DNA from: Bugula neritina
Taxonomy: Eukaryota > Animalia > Bryozoa
DNA: 64,000 bases
Direction of reading: 5' to 3'
Assembly: GCA_964035545.1 (NCBI GenBank)
Contig: OZ037765.1
Span: 4,598,698-4,662,697 of the forward strand
Shown here: piece by piece, positions 12,556 to 26,617 of the stretch
How positions within the stretch are numbered: position 1 is the stretch's first letter
How the letters are laid out: every line of letters begins with the position of its first letter
Translations under genes and position numbers: made by a program
Notes under the pieces: generated by a model
What the model was told of the DNA's origin: nothing
Databases searched by the model: none
The model's input: only the letters and a program-made list of their open reading frames with translations

Positions 12556-13142
12556 TGTAACAGCTTAATTAAATTGAATCAATTTTTAAATTTTAATTTA
12601 TGTATGAAATAATTTTGTTTGAATCTTATTTGAATCTATGGGGAAAATTTTACTAAGGTTCCTTATTCAAAATGTAGGTAATGTTTAACTAGTATGTATT
12701 ATTTAACTTCATTAACTGCACAATAATATTATTCAAAAATAAAACGATAGAAATAGATTTCATTGAGTGAATGCACAAACACTTGTATTGTGAAAAATTG
12801 AGTTTCTTAAGCTTTTAGACAGTTGAAGGTTTCTCTCTTGCGATTTAATAAACATTAAAAATGTTTTTGCACTCAAAATAAATTATACCGAAAATTGCTT
12901 TATAACTATATTCACCAACTTGTAATACTTTGCTTGCATTGAGGTTATCTGCACAATATAATAGACAAGAGGAGATAACTCTGCTCAGCAAACTAATGCT
13001 GACAAAAATTATATAACTCTTTGTAAATAACATTTATTAATCTAGCTTTTCTTGTATTAATTTAGTATTACTATTAATGAGTTCATAAGCTCTATCCTTC
13101 ATTACTATAATTACAGGGCTCTATCAGAACCACCCATACAGT

Positions 13143-16100
13143 ATGACATTTGTTTCAAAAGAACAGCTGGCAATAAAAGATGCTGATGGCAACTTAGATA
13201 CAGGCTGTGGCTTTACACCAGCCTGTCAACCCAAGTGGTTGCAGAAATGTGCCAACGTCAAAGTATTTCTTTTTGTTTTGACAATGTTTGGAATTGTTCA
13301 AGGTAAAGAATATTATAATTTTTGCTTTCGTTTGATCTTTTATGCTGTATGCAAAGAAGCGCCCATGTCTAGGCTTAATTTTCGCTGCTGATTTTAATAT
13401 AACCATTAACCAAATAGTTCTGTGTGGTTCAAGCATAGCATATTTTTACCTAACACTACAATTTTTTGCAATGTTTTTCAATAGAATTTGCTAAGTTCTA
13501 CCAAGTGTGTTTGTATCTTCACAGTTGATTAACCATAATTCATATTAAAATAAGTAACTCGAAGTTGTTTGCCCTTCATGTTTTATATTAGAACTGGAAC
13601 TAATTTATGTGATATGGTTCTAGTTAATAACTTAGTTTAATTTTTTCAATAGGATTTGCTATCAACGGAGTAAACAATGTAAACACACCAGTCTATGAGA
13701 GAAGGTATCTGCTCAGCAGCCAGAGTTCTAGTTTAGTAGCTGTTTTCTATGACATCGCTGCCGGGGTTGTAGTGAGTTGTATAAGCTATTCTATATATGA
13801 GCACATGCACGCATATGAGTTTTCTATCAATTGCCTATATTTAAATTCAGCATCAACTCATATTTCTATGTTTTCTCCAAGTGGTTTTTGTTGGATATTT
13901 TGGAGCCACAACACATCAACCTAGACTTCTTGCTGTTGCTTTTTTATCCATGGGATTTGGTACTTTGATAATGGCAGCAGCTCATTTCACCTCTCCACCT
14001 TATAATCCTGGCAGCAGCAGTGAATCTACTCTGTGTGACTTCAACAGTATGTTTCTATATCTATTGTAGATTTCACAGTATTAGCAGAGTATAGTTAAAA
14101 ATACGAAATTTCATATTTTGAAGCTTTCAGTTTTAGTTCAATGTATGTTACAGCTATATGTGTTAAAACCTTGACTTCAGCAAAGCAAATGTATTTTAAT
14201 TGTGTTGGAATAAAAAAATCTAAATACATTTTGTATGAAAGAGAATAGCATAAAGACTTTTTTCTCATATGTTGCAAAACTTTTACTTTGCCAAAAAGCA
14301 GCACCATGGCAAAGTAAATAATAAGCTTGTTCAAAATATGTTGATATGTGTTTATGTAGACAATACTATACCTGATGAAGGTCAGGCATACCTAAAGAAT
14401 TACATCTACTTTCTAATATTTGGACAAATTCTGAATGGTTTTTCTGGAGCCTGTATATTTTCCATTGGAGTCACGTTCATGGATTTTAATAGCTCTGCGA
14501 AGAACTCTGCTTTGTATATCGGTAAGATTTGCTACATGTATACACATTCAGAGCGTTTTGGATTCCTTATTCGTGTGGGTAACTGCAGGACTCATACAGC
14601 TACCTATACTGCTTTTAAACTACATTAGTGAAACTATCTATGGACAAATGTTTACACCTTTTACTGTGCATATAGTTACCATCCAACTGTTGTTTTCTCA
14701 CATGCAGCATAACTTGCATGCACTTCTCTATAGTTATAATAACATGAATGGCTACTTGAAGTTACTGCTCAGTTTTTAGCACATTCGCAGAACGAAATAT
14801 TTTTAATCAATCATTCAATTCCCCAAATATATTTTCTGAGGTATAATTATTATATATTTTATGTTATTTTGGTTTGGTTAGTTTAAAGCTGTATGTTTTG
14901 TAATACTTAAATGCTGCTGCCATGCGCATATTCGAATATAAAGAGAAGACATTTATTTTAAATAAGTGCAGTGGTTGGCGGGGGGGGGGGAGGAAGGGGC
15001 TTTTTGGTTTGATGGAATTGGGGTTTGAATCTCTAAAAATAATGTCTATTTTGCAGACAACTCATACATTTTAAAAATGAAGCTCATCAAAAGCTACTTG
15101 ATGGGGAGGAAAACTGGGCCAGCGCTTTAACCACCAGCAGACTACAAAACGTCAAAAGAACTGTAGTAAATGTACATAAATGACATAATGCTGTACATAA
15201 ATTGCTGTTAAGGATTGCGATGTATTGTAGGCATCTACATGGGAGGTAATTACTTTGGACCAGCTATTGGATACCTAGCAGGTGGAAGTTTCTTAGATTT
15301 GTACGTAGATTTCCCTGGCAGCCCTCCAAGGTAAGAGCATTTAGTGGTAAAATACATTAACATCAATTTAATACATTAAGTAATTATACATTTAATAGCC
15401 AAAAGCACGTTAATTAGTTTCACCCTGTAGCCTATAACAACCATAATGAGAATAATATAACAATGATAATGTACATAATATAACAAAATGTAACATATTA
15501 TATTATTCTTTACATAGAGGTTGTCATTACTCTCACATATTCTATGTTATACCATTTTATCTACAAAATATCTACTCTCACAATATAAATTTTATATATG
15601 CTATGCATTAAATTCATTATACTGCATCGCTATTGTAATTGCATACCATACTGTAACTTTGAAATACTTTTTAATATACATGTAGTATATTAAATAACTG
15701 TCTAATTTGCTTTATATTCAATAATTGTGTAATGTTTAATATTAGTGGACTAACAAGAGATGACCCAGCCTGGGTTGGTGCCTGGTGGATCCCTTCTATA
15801 CTCAGTTCTGTTCTCAGCTTTATACTGGCTTTCTTCATGTTCCTTTTCCCCAGAGAACTGCCTGGTTAGTCTTCTAAACTGTTTCCGTAGCTTGTTTTCA
15901 CTGCAGATCCAGCCTTATGTACAGTTGATTGCGACTGTTATACACAGTTTTTTCATTGTTATTATGTGTTTCTACAGGAACACAGGCTCTTCAAGCAGCT
16001 AGAGTATCTCAGGCACATGATAATGGAACAGAAGTAAAAATAAACGCACTGCCAGGTTTTGGGATAGGGTGGAAAGACATTCCACAAGCCACACTGCATC

Positions 16101-18748
16101 TGCTTAAGAACCCATGCTACATGTGTATCACCATGGACAATGCAATGAATTTCTTTTTTATTATGGGTATTTCCACTTTTGCACCCAAACTCATTGCCAA
16201 TCAGTTTTCTTTGTCTCTCAGCTGGTCTTCCATGTTAACAGGTAAGTTCGATTTGTTTTACTCAATAAAGCCATATAATATTAATAACAGCTTTACTTTT
16301 AACTTCTCTAATAGCATAATGATTATTTATTTTTTATATTTCCTTGAACATCCAGTATATAAGATGGAAGGTTTTCGCTCATTTCCATTTTACTCCTTTT
16401 TATATCATCACCAACTCTAAAGTATACGTTGTATTTTCATGTCATTAAAGTACCTCTTGTAAGGAAGAAAGACAGTAATATGGTGTGTGTGTTTATTTTT
16501 AAGGCTGCGATAAAGATTTACAAATTCCTACAAAATAATACTAAATAAAATATTAGTTTTGAAGTGCTCTCTGGTGTAGACTAATGTCTATTGTTTCAGG
16601 TTTCATAGCTGTGCCCTCTTCTGCAGTGGCCCAGATTTTAGGTGGGGTATTAATCAAGCGCTACAACCTCAAACTCAAAGGGATTCTAAGGCTTGCTCTC
16701 GTATCCACTATACTATCTCTAGTGCTGGTTCCAGTCTATTTAGCTCGGTGTTCTAATTTACAGATAGCTGGTGTCTTGAACTCTTACCCTGGGTAGCGTT
16801 TATGAGTTTCCTTTTCTTCATTCACATGTTGTATCAAACCATATTGCATGGCTTTTAACACATTCAATGCAATTTGTATTTGGACATTTATAAATATTAT
16901 TATATTTATATAAACAGAATATCTACATTAGTCATTGTAATAAGTATTTTTATTGTTTGTTTACAGTTCTAACACAGACACTCAGCCAACACTCCACTCA
17001 ACATGCAACTCAGAGTGTGGATGTAGTACAAGTGTTTATGATCCTGTGTGTGCAGACGGTATTCAGTATTTCTCTCCTTGCCATGCCGGTTGTCCTCTGC
17101 AACCTGTTGGAAATGGTGAAGGTATCAAAGTATGTGTCATTTATTTCTACTTTTTTGCAGATTCTTCCTATTTGAAATTGACTCACACTACCACTTTGGT
17201 TAATATTTTCATCCTTATTGTACTGAAATATTTAATAGATTGTAAGCTGCAATTCAGACCTTTTAATAGACCCTTTTCAGAGGTCTCCAACACCTCCCTT
17301 ACAATTAAGAGTTGTGTCCTTTCAAAATGAAATTTGTTGAACAAAATAAATTTGAACGCATCTTCTAAAAAAAGACAATTCCATAGCATAATTAGAATTT
17401 TAAGCAGCAGCCAAACTTTAAATTTTTAATGAGTTTGCTTTTTATACAAAAGTTCAACCTATTCACTTTGGGAGGAGGTAACTCTTAATTGTAAAGGAAT
17501 TTTTCGGGGACCTCTAGAAAGGGTCGATTATTTTGTATTGTTTTCAAATCAATAGATAATAGATAAAGGAAATTATTTCTATTTTATTACAGCTTTTGGT
17601 GTAAGATTTTTAAATTAAATTTTAATACTGCTTTAAAGTGCAAAATCAGTTTTCAAATCTTTTTTTAGATTTACCACAACTGCAGCTGCACAACTGGTCA
17701 ACTACCGCCTAGCTTTACTTTCCCAAACAACACCAACAGTGAACCTGCAACTGAGGGCAAGTGTAAACAGAAGTGTACTCTACTGTATACCGTGCTGGTC
17801 CCTTTTCTCTTTCTTCAGATATTCTTCACAATTTTTTCTGGCGCTCCTCTCTATTTTGCCACTCTCAGGTAAGTCACTGCGTAACCACATGTGGTTCCAG
17901 CAGTTACAGTGGTTACAATTGCTACATTTTTTTTAAAATGTTGGTTGTATGTTAATTTATTTAGATGTTTTTGAAATAATACAAAAAACAAACATTCAAG
18001 CAAATAACAATGATAATTTTATTTGATTCTGTCAACTTTTTCAAGTTGTTATAATAGAAACACACAATATAATTATTATACAGGTCTGTCCCTGACAAAC
18101 TGGGTACATATGGTGTAGCTTTAAGTTGGGTCTTCATCAGGTTTCTAGGTGAGTTGATAGTCAAACAGTTTTTTAAACTAAAACTCATAGAAAATACTAT
18201 TTAATGTAGCCAAGAGACAAAATTGATTAAATGAACTTTAAAGAGCTTTATTTTTATTTCTTCACGAATTGCCAACAATTCTGCTTATTCATCATATTAC
18301 TTTATTTAGAAATATAGTCCTCTCATTGGTTAAATATTTTAATAGCCACAAGAGCATCAGTTATTTGAATTTGGTTATAAAGTTTGACTTGCTTTTATTT
18401 TTTTAAAGCGCTAAAACAAATCTTTTTCAACTGACTTTAGGAAGTATTCCTGGACCAATCATATTCGGCGCAATATTAGATGCGAGCTGTAAGGTCTGGC
18501 AGAAAGATCTTGATAGAGAGACGAGGGGATCCTGTTGGATATATGATAACGATGGAATGGCTGTTAGAGTGGTTGTACTATTGGCTATTGTGAGGGCATT
18601 GGCACTGCTGTTCAACTTTCTAGCTTTAGTATTATACAAAGCTCCAGCAACATCTTCTAAATCTGCGGAAGCGAGTCTCGATATAAAAGAAAGTAGTGAA
18701 GTGACAGAGCCTAAAAAGTTTCAAAACAAATATAAGGTTGCGTCATAA
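13143..18748 (+). CDS. SLCO4A1-like: SLCO/OATP transporter, copy 2 (about 672-682 aa; canonical acceptor of coding exon 3 is mutated)
   Basis: Exons 13143-13302, 13653-13771, 13881(or 13851)-14046, 14360-14521, 15231-15330, 15746-15864, 15978-16241, 16600-16792, 16967-17129, 17669-17868, 18084-18148, 18441-18748. Internal exon sizes and phases match copies 3 and 4. N-terminal [22 protein letters not shown], Kazal exon. AA instead of AG at 13879-13880. Confidence 0.88.
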
Positions 18749-19571
18749 ATTTGAATAACCAATCAGCTATAGTATATTTTTTACATTCAATCAATGTTTT
18801 ATATTGCTCCTGTCTTTTTAATAAACATTTTAAAGTAGCTAGCTTTTTGAAAAATAAAAATTGAAATTTTTTGTCGCGTTTGGTTTTAATTTTAACTGCC
18901 GATTTAATTTTTACAATATACTATTACATGTTTTTCATAAACTTTCATTACCACTTTTTTAATAAATTTATAATGCTATAAAAATAAAGAAGACGAGTGA
19001 ATACAGTTTAGCCCATAATAGAAAATGAATATATTTTTCGAATTGTTATCAAAAAATTTATCCTAGTAAGTGTTGAAGTTGTGTTGAAGTCTTTACTTCA
19101 CTCGACATTCTTAATTTTTTTTGTCTCAAAGCTAGGAAAAGCTTGCAATTATCTATATAAATTTTAATCCCAAATTTAACCTAGTTTATAGTTATATATA
19201 ATGGTTACTGTTGGGACTTTACATAGGTAAGCTGGGAAAGCTTTTTCCTAATACATGATAGCTTTTCACATATCACCTCAGCTATATTATGCTTTTCCAC
19301 TCTCATTATAGCTCATACACAAAAGCTAATTTTTTTACTACTGTAAAAACGCAGCAGTTTTTCACTTATCCAGACTTGCATCTCACACTTGTACTTGCAA
19401 CTTATAACTCATGAGATAACCTTTTTTTACACATTGTTTTTTTTTCAGTCTGCTATAATAAATATTTATTTCTCTAACCTAAAACACAACAGTTACTAGA
19501 AGTAAATAAATTTATGTTGGCTACAAAGCCCACTAATAACTGTTGAGATTTGAAATGGGAAACAGCTATAT

Positions 19572-19937
19572 GCCCAGACTCGTAGCTCTTGAAAATAAGT
19601 TTATTATTTGGAGTTGTTTCCTCACAACTGAGATTGATAGACTGAAGTACGTAGCACTATTCTGTGTTTATTAAATCAGCCCTCTAACCACTAGTCTACC
19701 GCTGCTTCTGCTATTATATTATATAATTGTAAACTTTTAAATAAATTCTCTCATTGCAAGTTATAATTACAATAATAATATAATAATGTGTTTCAGTGCA
19801 GAATTAATTTTGGTCATTTGTTTGTGTAGAGACACTCTTGGAGATGAAACTAATCTAGACTCAACGTGCAACTCAGAGTGTGGATGTAGTACCAGTGTTT
19901 ATGATCCCGTGTGTGCAGACGGTATTCAGCATTTTAC
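19572..19937 (+). pseudogene. Orphan fragment of SLCO copy 1 (intron sequence plus truncated Kazal-domain exon 19830-19937)
   Basis: 19572-19647 matches 7030-7105 and 19735-19937 matches about 7560-7765. Encodes [35 protein letters not shown] then breaks off; no neighbouring exons seen. Confidence 0.85.
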
Positions 19938-19969
19938 AACTAAACCGCATTTTTATTATTATACTTTTT

Positions 19970-22900
19970 TCTACTAATAAAGTTAAATGATATATTTTAG
20001 CTAAGCAGCGCATTTTGGTACAATTTATTTCTTTAAATTTAGATGAGATCTACATAAAACTTTTTGGAAGCAAAAGTAAAATTTTTAAATTAATGGAACT
20101 TAAACAAAGAGCTGTATCCGGCAAGCATTTTCTGTGTATGAGAAATATCAATCAAGGCAGCTACAAAATGCATATCAACATATCATAGTCAATAAATTTC
20201 CTATTTGTCTGCTTTATTTTCCTTTTCCAATAAGTTTACTCTTGAATAAAAATTGAACCAACAGGAGAAAAAAGCTTAACAAATAATACCAGTTACTAAC
20301 CCTATATATCAACAGCATCACCTGTTTACACATGTGTATATGAAAACAGTCAACACAATAGTAGCCTTTATACGTAGTTTGAAAGTGAGTTCTATAAAGC
20401 CTGAATAAATACAAAACAATTAGTCTTTTATTATGTAATAAAAGTCAATATATTTTAACTCTTAAATGCGCAACCTATTATTGATTAGATAGTATTTTAT
20501 GTATGTGCTCCCTTTGAGAAGTTTCCTCCAGGCGATTAAGTACTCTCATTGGTCCAAGGTGAACGAACTTCAACATCAATACTACAAAAACATAAACTTG
20601 ACATTGTAGCTTAGTTACATGTATTGTACATAAAGGCAAGAGACCCCAAGGTGGCATGTGTTAGCTATTATATATGTATATATAAATGTGAGAGACCACG
20701 GGTGGCATGTGTAAGCTATTGGGTTACAAAATTACTAGTTCATAAATAGCTTATATTAGCCATTTTGCTAGTTGATACACAAAAATATTTGTGGCCAAAA
20801 GATAAGAATGTTTTGAAGCTGTATAAAAACTTGGCTTCGGCATAATTCAGCCATACGGATTCAAAAAGCATCTTAGAAACTTTAAGAGATGTCTTGTTAT
20901 CCTGAAATTTAGTAGCATGTATTGCTATAATTATGCAAAATCTAAACATCAGACATTAAGTTAGAAGATTAATTCTAGCACATATTATATGCTACTATTT
21001 TTATAAATAATATTTAACTATGAAAAGTTTCTGATCATTATAGTTATAAGTAGGAAGAAATGAAGTTGAGACTGTCACATCTTTTATTAAAAATGATATT
21101 CTGTATAAGGAAAATATCAAGTTTAAAATAATAGTTTACTAACATTTATCAATTTTATTGCAATATGTTATTATAATAGATACAACTAGCATAATACAAG
21201 TATATACAAGTATAATATTAACAGTATTATCTTGGATACGGAAAAAACTTTATCTCATATTGCATGTACACAGTATATAATAGAATACTAGTCAGTATAG
21301 CCATGCATAAGCAAGGTTGGCTTACATCTAATATTTATATAAAGGTCGCAGAATCCCTATTTTTGAACTTCCTTCTTAGGATATTACACTATGCGTTCTT
21401 TACTACAACTTAGTAAGAGTTAATACTACTCAGGGGTTGTGTTCACTTGTATAATGTGTTGCATTAGTGATATGATGTAGGTGCTTTTGGTTCAGTTATC
21501 AAAGAGCCTGTAAGATTCTCTAGTAAGAAAGTACAGTAAAAGTATAAAGTAATTAATAATTATGATGTCATAATTGGCAAAGTCAAAAATATTCAATACA
21601 TGGATGCCAAAAACACCTTATTTGATTTGATCCTATAACAATGCGTTTATATGTAACAATAAATTTATAGTCTTGGTGACTTGATGACGTAATGTGGCTG
21701 ATTTAAAATTTAAAATTTTATCTGTAATTATTGAAGCGTTTGAAATACATTCGACTCAAAATGACTGGTTGAAATGAATGACTAATAGAGATGACCTTGA
21801 GTGTGCTGAGGTCATTTGGATCGACCTCAGCTATTCGCCAAACAAGTTGCTAAACTATTGGAGCTAGCATTTTAAACTGTGAAATTAAAGTGAGAGAAGC
21901 CATAGTTAAATAACTATCTGTGAATTTGTCATATATTTGAAAACATTACAGAATTTCAGCAGTAGCACATATTTAATTAAATAATAAAAACTTTCATTTA
22001 AGAAAATACCAAAACAAATTCAAAAACAGCATAACTGATTTATTTTGAAATTAGTTTTAGATAATTTCATACTTTTTCCTACACATATCACCCTCTCCTG
22101 GCTTGCATGGCATTTGCGTAACCAGATAGTCTAGAAAGCTACCCCCAGGCTGTTTGCAACTATAAATAAATATATTGCAGAGCAACCAGGTTGCATTCTT
22201 AGCTTTATATTTTTGTAGCATTGATATTGCAGGTCGTTCACCCAATTGAAATATTTAGGATACCTATTTATCTAGGAAAACCTTTTTACAGAGAGTACAT
22301 ATAAAAACAATCGGCACAATAGTATGTTTCCACTTGAAAGTTAAAATATATTAGCTTTTATTCAATATAATAAACAATTGAATGCTTATAGTATTCATTC
22401 ATCCTCAATAGAGCTGATGTTCATGTATTTTACTTTTCAAGCTATTATTGTGCTGACTGTTTTTACATTATGAATAGCTCGGCTAAAAACTATGAATTTT
22501 GACGTAAAAGGTGAACGACCTATTTCCAAAAAGACTATTTAATAAAAATGACTATCATTACAAAGTCAGTTGAACGAAAAGTTTTACAGGAGATTTTAGC
22601 TTGGTTTAAGATTTACCATAACTTTTTAGCTGTTGATTATAGGTTAGTACATGGTATTATTTGTCACACCTTCTTCAGCTTATGTTGTTGTTTTATTTAT
22701 TATTAAATAGTGCATTTATTTCAGACAAGTTTAGAAATAATATTGACTATATTATGTTAATATACTTTTTATAGGTGAGTTAATGGATACTTTCCATACA
22801 CTTTCATAGCTTGCAGAGAAAAAGTGGGTTTTTATTGCAGCATTTTATTAGGTTATAACAATTTTTTGGGCCAATGTTTAAATCTTATTTATATATATGG

Positions 22901-22970
22901 GAAAAATGTTAGCACACTTTTTATTTGACACGTAATGCTTAATTAATGTATATTATTTAATCTTATCATC
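19970..22970. repeat. Paralogous copy of the long inverted repeat, upstream of SLCO copy 3
   Basis: 20110-21100 is collinear with 10150-11200, and 22130-22830 with 11690-12550; same arm complementarity (CAACACAATAGTAGC at 20351 vs GCTATTATTGTGCTG at 22441). Confidence 0.7.
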
Positions 22971-25324
22971 ACTAGTTTCCATTATGCATTCTGCTATAAT
23001 GGATATAGTAACATCGAATGAAACAGCAACTAAAGTTAATGCAAACCACAAACCACAATTAATCTGTACAGGCATTCATTTGCGAAGTCATGGAAACGCA
23101 GTGAATAACAAAATGTAGTTACTAGCCCAAAAAACTACGATAAAATCAAATAATAGGAAATAAATTTTACTTAAATGACTACTCAAACACTTGCATTGTG
23201 GAAAATGGACTTTTTCAAACAGTTGATTTTAATTTCTTGCTTGTGATTTTATTAAACATTAAAAATGTTTTTGCATTCAAATTTCAAAATAAATTATACC
23301 AAAAACTGCTTTATAACTATATTTATCAACTTTTAATACTCTGCTTGCAAGGACAAAAACCATACAACGTTTTATAAATAAATTTGATTTATCTAGCTTT
23401 GTTTGTATTAATTTAGTATTTCTATTAATGAGTTCATAAGTTCCATTTCCTTCATTAACATAATTACAGGGCTTTCTCTGAACCACCCACTCGGTATGAC
23501 ATCTGTTTCAAAAGAACAGCTGGCAATAAAAGATGCTGATGGCAACTTAGATACAGGCTGTGGCTTTACACCAGCCTGTCAGCCCAAGTGGTTGCAGAAC
23601 TGTGCCAACGTCAAAGTATTTCTTTTTGTTTTGACAGCATTTGGAATTGTTCAAGGTAAAGAATATAATTTGCTTTTACCCAGTTAGTTTTTATAGCGCA
23701 TGCAAAGAAGGCCCAACGTTTAGGTTTAATTGACTTGCTAGATTTCATTTTATTTGGTTTAAATTTGGTGAATTGTAACAAAATAAAAACTTGAAGATTT
23801 GTGATTAAGATTTTAAAATTAATGTAGTTTATTCATTAGATTTAACAAGCTCAAACTAGTCATAGTACTATAGTATATTTCATAAGTGACAGTACATTAT
23901 ACCTGGTAGAATGATATTTCAATCGTCATATCCTCATACCATCATATTGCCATATCGTCGTATTTTATATCATAGTAATAAACACAATTGAAATTAACAT
24001 CCATGAGATAAGAATCTATTTATTATATTATTTTCCAATAGGATTTGCTATTAATGGAGTAAACAATGTAAACACACCAGTCTATGAGAGAAGGTACCTG
24101 CTCAGCAGCCAGAGTTCAAGTTTAGTAGCTGTTTTCTATGACATCGCTGCCGGGGTTGTAGTGAGTTGTATAAACTACTCTATATATGTGTAAGCACAAA
24201 CACATGCATATGTTTGATAAAAGTACTGCACTTCACGTACGTGTGTGTATGTGTATTGGGCATGCATATGAACATATAGACATATTATGAATGGAAATAT
24301 ATTTTTAAGCTTTAATTAATTATTGAAATTCAGCTTTATATTTCCAATTGCTAAGATTCCATCAACTCATATTTCTACATATTATTCAGGTGGTTTTTGT
24401 TGGATATTTTGGAGCCACAACACATCAACCTAGACTTCTTGCTGTTGCTTTTTTATCCATGGGATTTGGTACTTTGACAATGGCAGCAGCTCATTTCACC
24501 TCCCCACCTTATAATCCTGGCAGCAGCAGTGAATTTACTTTGTGTGACTTCAACAGTATGTTTCTACATCTATTATAAATATGACGATATTAGTTTAGTT
24601 GGAAATAAGGAGTTTTAGCACTAAATATGACTAACTAAATCTTCCTGTTTAACTTCAACATATGTAACTCTCAAATACATAAGTTAAGTAACAAATTGCA
24701 TTTGTGGATCAATTAGAATAATGACGTTAAACATATCATAAAACTAGACTGTAGTTTATAATATTATGATGAATAAATGGGTAAAATCATGCAAATAATA
24801 AACGTTCAACTACTAATTCAAAGTATGTTGATATATGTTTATGTAGACAACACTATACCTGATGAAGGTCAGGCATACCTAAAGAATTACATCTACTTTC
24901 TGATATTTGGACAAATTCTGAATGGTTTTTCTGGAGCTTGTATATTTTCTATCGGAATCACATTTTTGGACTACAACAGCTCTGCAAAGAATTCTGCTTT
25001 GTATCTTGGTAAGATTTACTACCTGCAATTAGCACATTTTATTTTACTAGTAAGCTACTTTGTTTTAATTTCTTATAGCTTGGAATCTACTTTTTGAGAA
25101 AAGTAAATATGTAGTTTGAATTTACTTCCTTTAACAATAAATTTTTTTTAGGAATTTTGTGGTTAGACTCATTTCACTTCATATTTTAATTCAAACAGAG
25201 AGATTATTAAAAGCTAAAATTTCATTTCCAACTTTCCTTTTCTAAAGATTCCCTTTTAGGTTTGCCATTTTCATAAAGATGAGTGTAGAGATTTCCAGGC
25301 ATTACCCAAACACTCACCAAACAC

Positions 25325-25450
25325 AGCCTCATTGTAATTTTATTGTAATAGTCATTATGATTGATTAGCTTCATTGTAATGTTATTGTAATAGCCACCAT
25401 AATTGGTTAGCCTCATTGTAACTTTATTGTAATAGTCATTACGATTGGTT
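25325..25450 (+). repeat. 42-bp tandem repeat x3
   Basis: GCCTCATTGTAATTTTATTGTAATAGTCATTATGATTGATTA variants. Confidence 0.85.
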
Positions 25451-26569
25451 GAACGTTGCTAAAAAACAAAGATATTTATAGTTTTCTATAACAAATTCCT
25501 TTTTTTAAAAATAACTTCAAAATACAAGCTTTATGCTCAAATAGAGTATTATAGGACTCTTTTTTTTTTATAAAAAGTTGTCATTTCTCAGTGTTTTGTG
25601 GTAGTTAAACCTTCTGATAGAGCAAAAAACTTTATTTATTTAACCATATCATGTCAATATTAATCTTTAAAATTCTACAGCTCTAGGTGAAATCAATATC
25701 GTACATCTGTGATTTAGGTGGAGCATTTGTATGTGTTGTAGGTATCTATATGACAGGTAATTTTTTTGGGCCAGCTATTGGATACCTGGCAGGTGGAAGT
25801 TTTTTAGACATATACGTAGATTTCCCTGCCAGCCCTCCTAGGTAAGAGCATTTAGTGGTCATTTATATAAAGTAAAACTTAGTGACTAGTTTGTATATAT
25901 TGTGATAAACTTAACATTATTAAAAGTCCTTAATACATTTTACCCTGTAGATCACAACAACCATACCATGTTATAATGGTAATAATAATGTACATAGTAA
26001 CAATAATGTACATTATAACAACTGTAACCTACAATGAATGCTAAACATATTTATGTCACCATTACCTTTGTACACTATACTGCGCTATTCAATACCTTCT
26101 TAATATATAATAAATAGCTGTGTAATTTTTTTATATTAGTGGACTAACAAGAGATGATCCAGCCTGAGTGGGTGCCTGGTGGATCCCTTTTGTACTCAGT
26201 TCTGTTCTTAGCTTTATACTGGCTTTCTTCATGTTCCTTTTCCCCAGAGAACTGCCTGGTTAGTTTTATTAAACTGTTTTCATATAGCTTGTTTTTTTGG
26301 ACAGAATGTTATACAAAGGAAAACTCCCTAAATCCCATTTACAACATTTGCTTCTTTCAACAGTATTATATTATTTTTAACCTTTTAATAATCTAAATTA
26401 AAAAAAAGATCTCATTATATTGTGTAGTGAAAACAGTGAGAAAAGCATCAGATATTTGTTCAACTCATTGGGCCAGATTAGTATTTGTATTAAAAGATGC
26501 TACACGCTGTAGCAAGTGGTTGTTTGAAGAGATTGGGAGACTAAAGTTACTAAGTCATGGCTTGAGATG

Positions 26570-26571
<2 letters not shown>

Positions 26572-26614
<43 letters not shown>
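26572..26614. repeat. (TA)n microsatellite
   Basis: Direct observation. Confidence 0.95.

Positions 26615-26617
<3 letters not shown>

Noticed and set aside
26165-26167. Selenocysteine or programmed readthrough at the in-frame TGA
   Set aside because: The position is a conserved Trp, not Cys; paralogues have TGG; no SECIS recognised. A point mutation is simpler.
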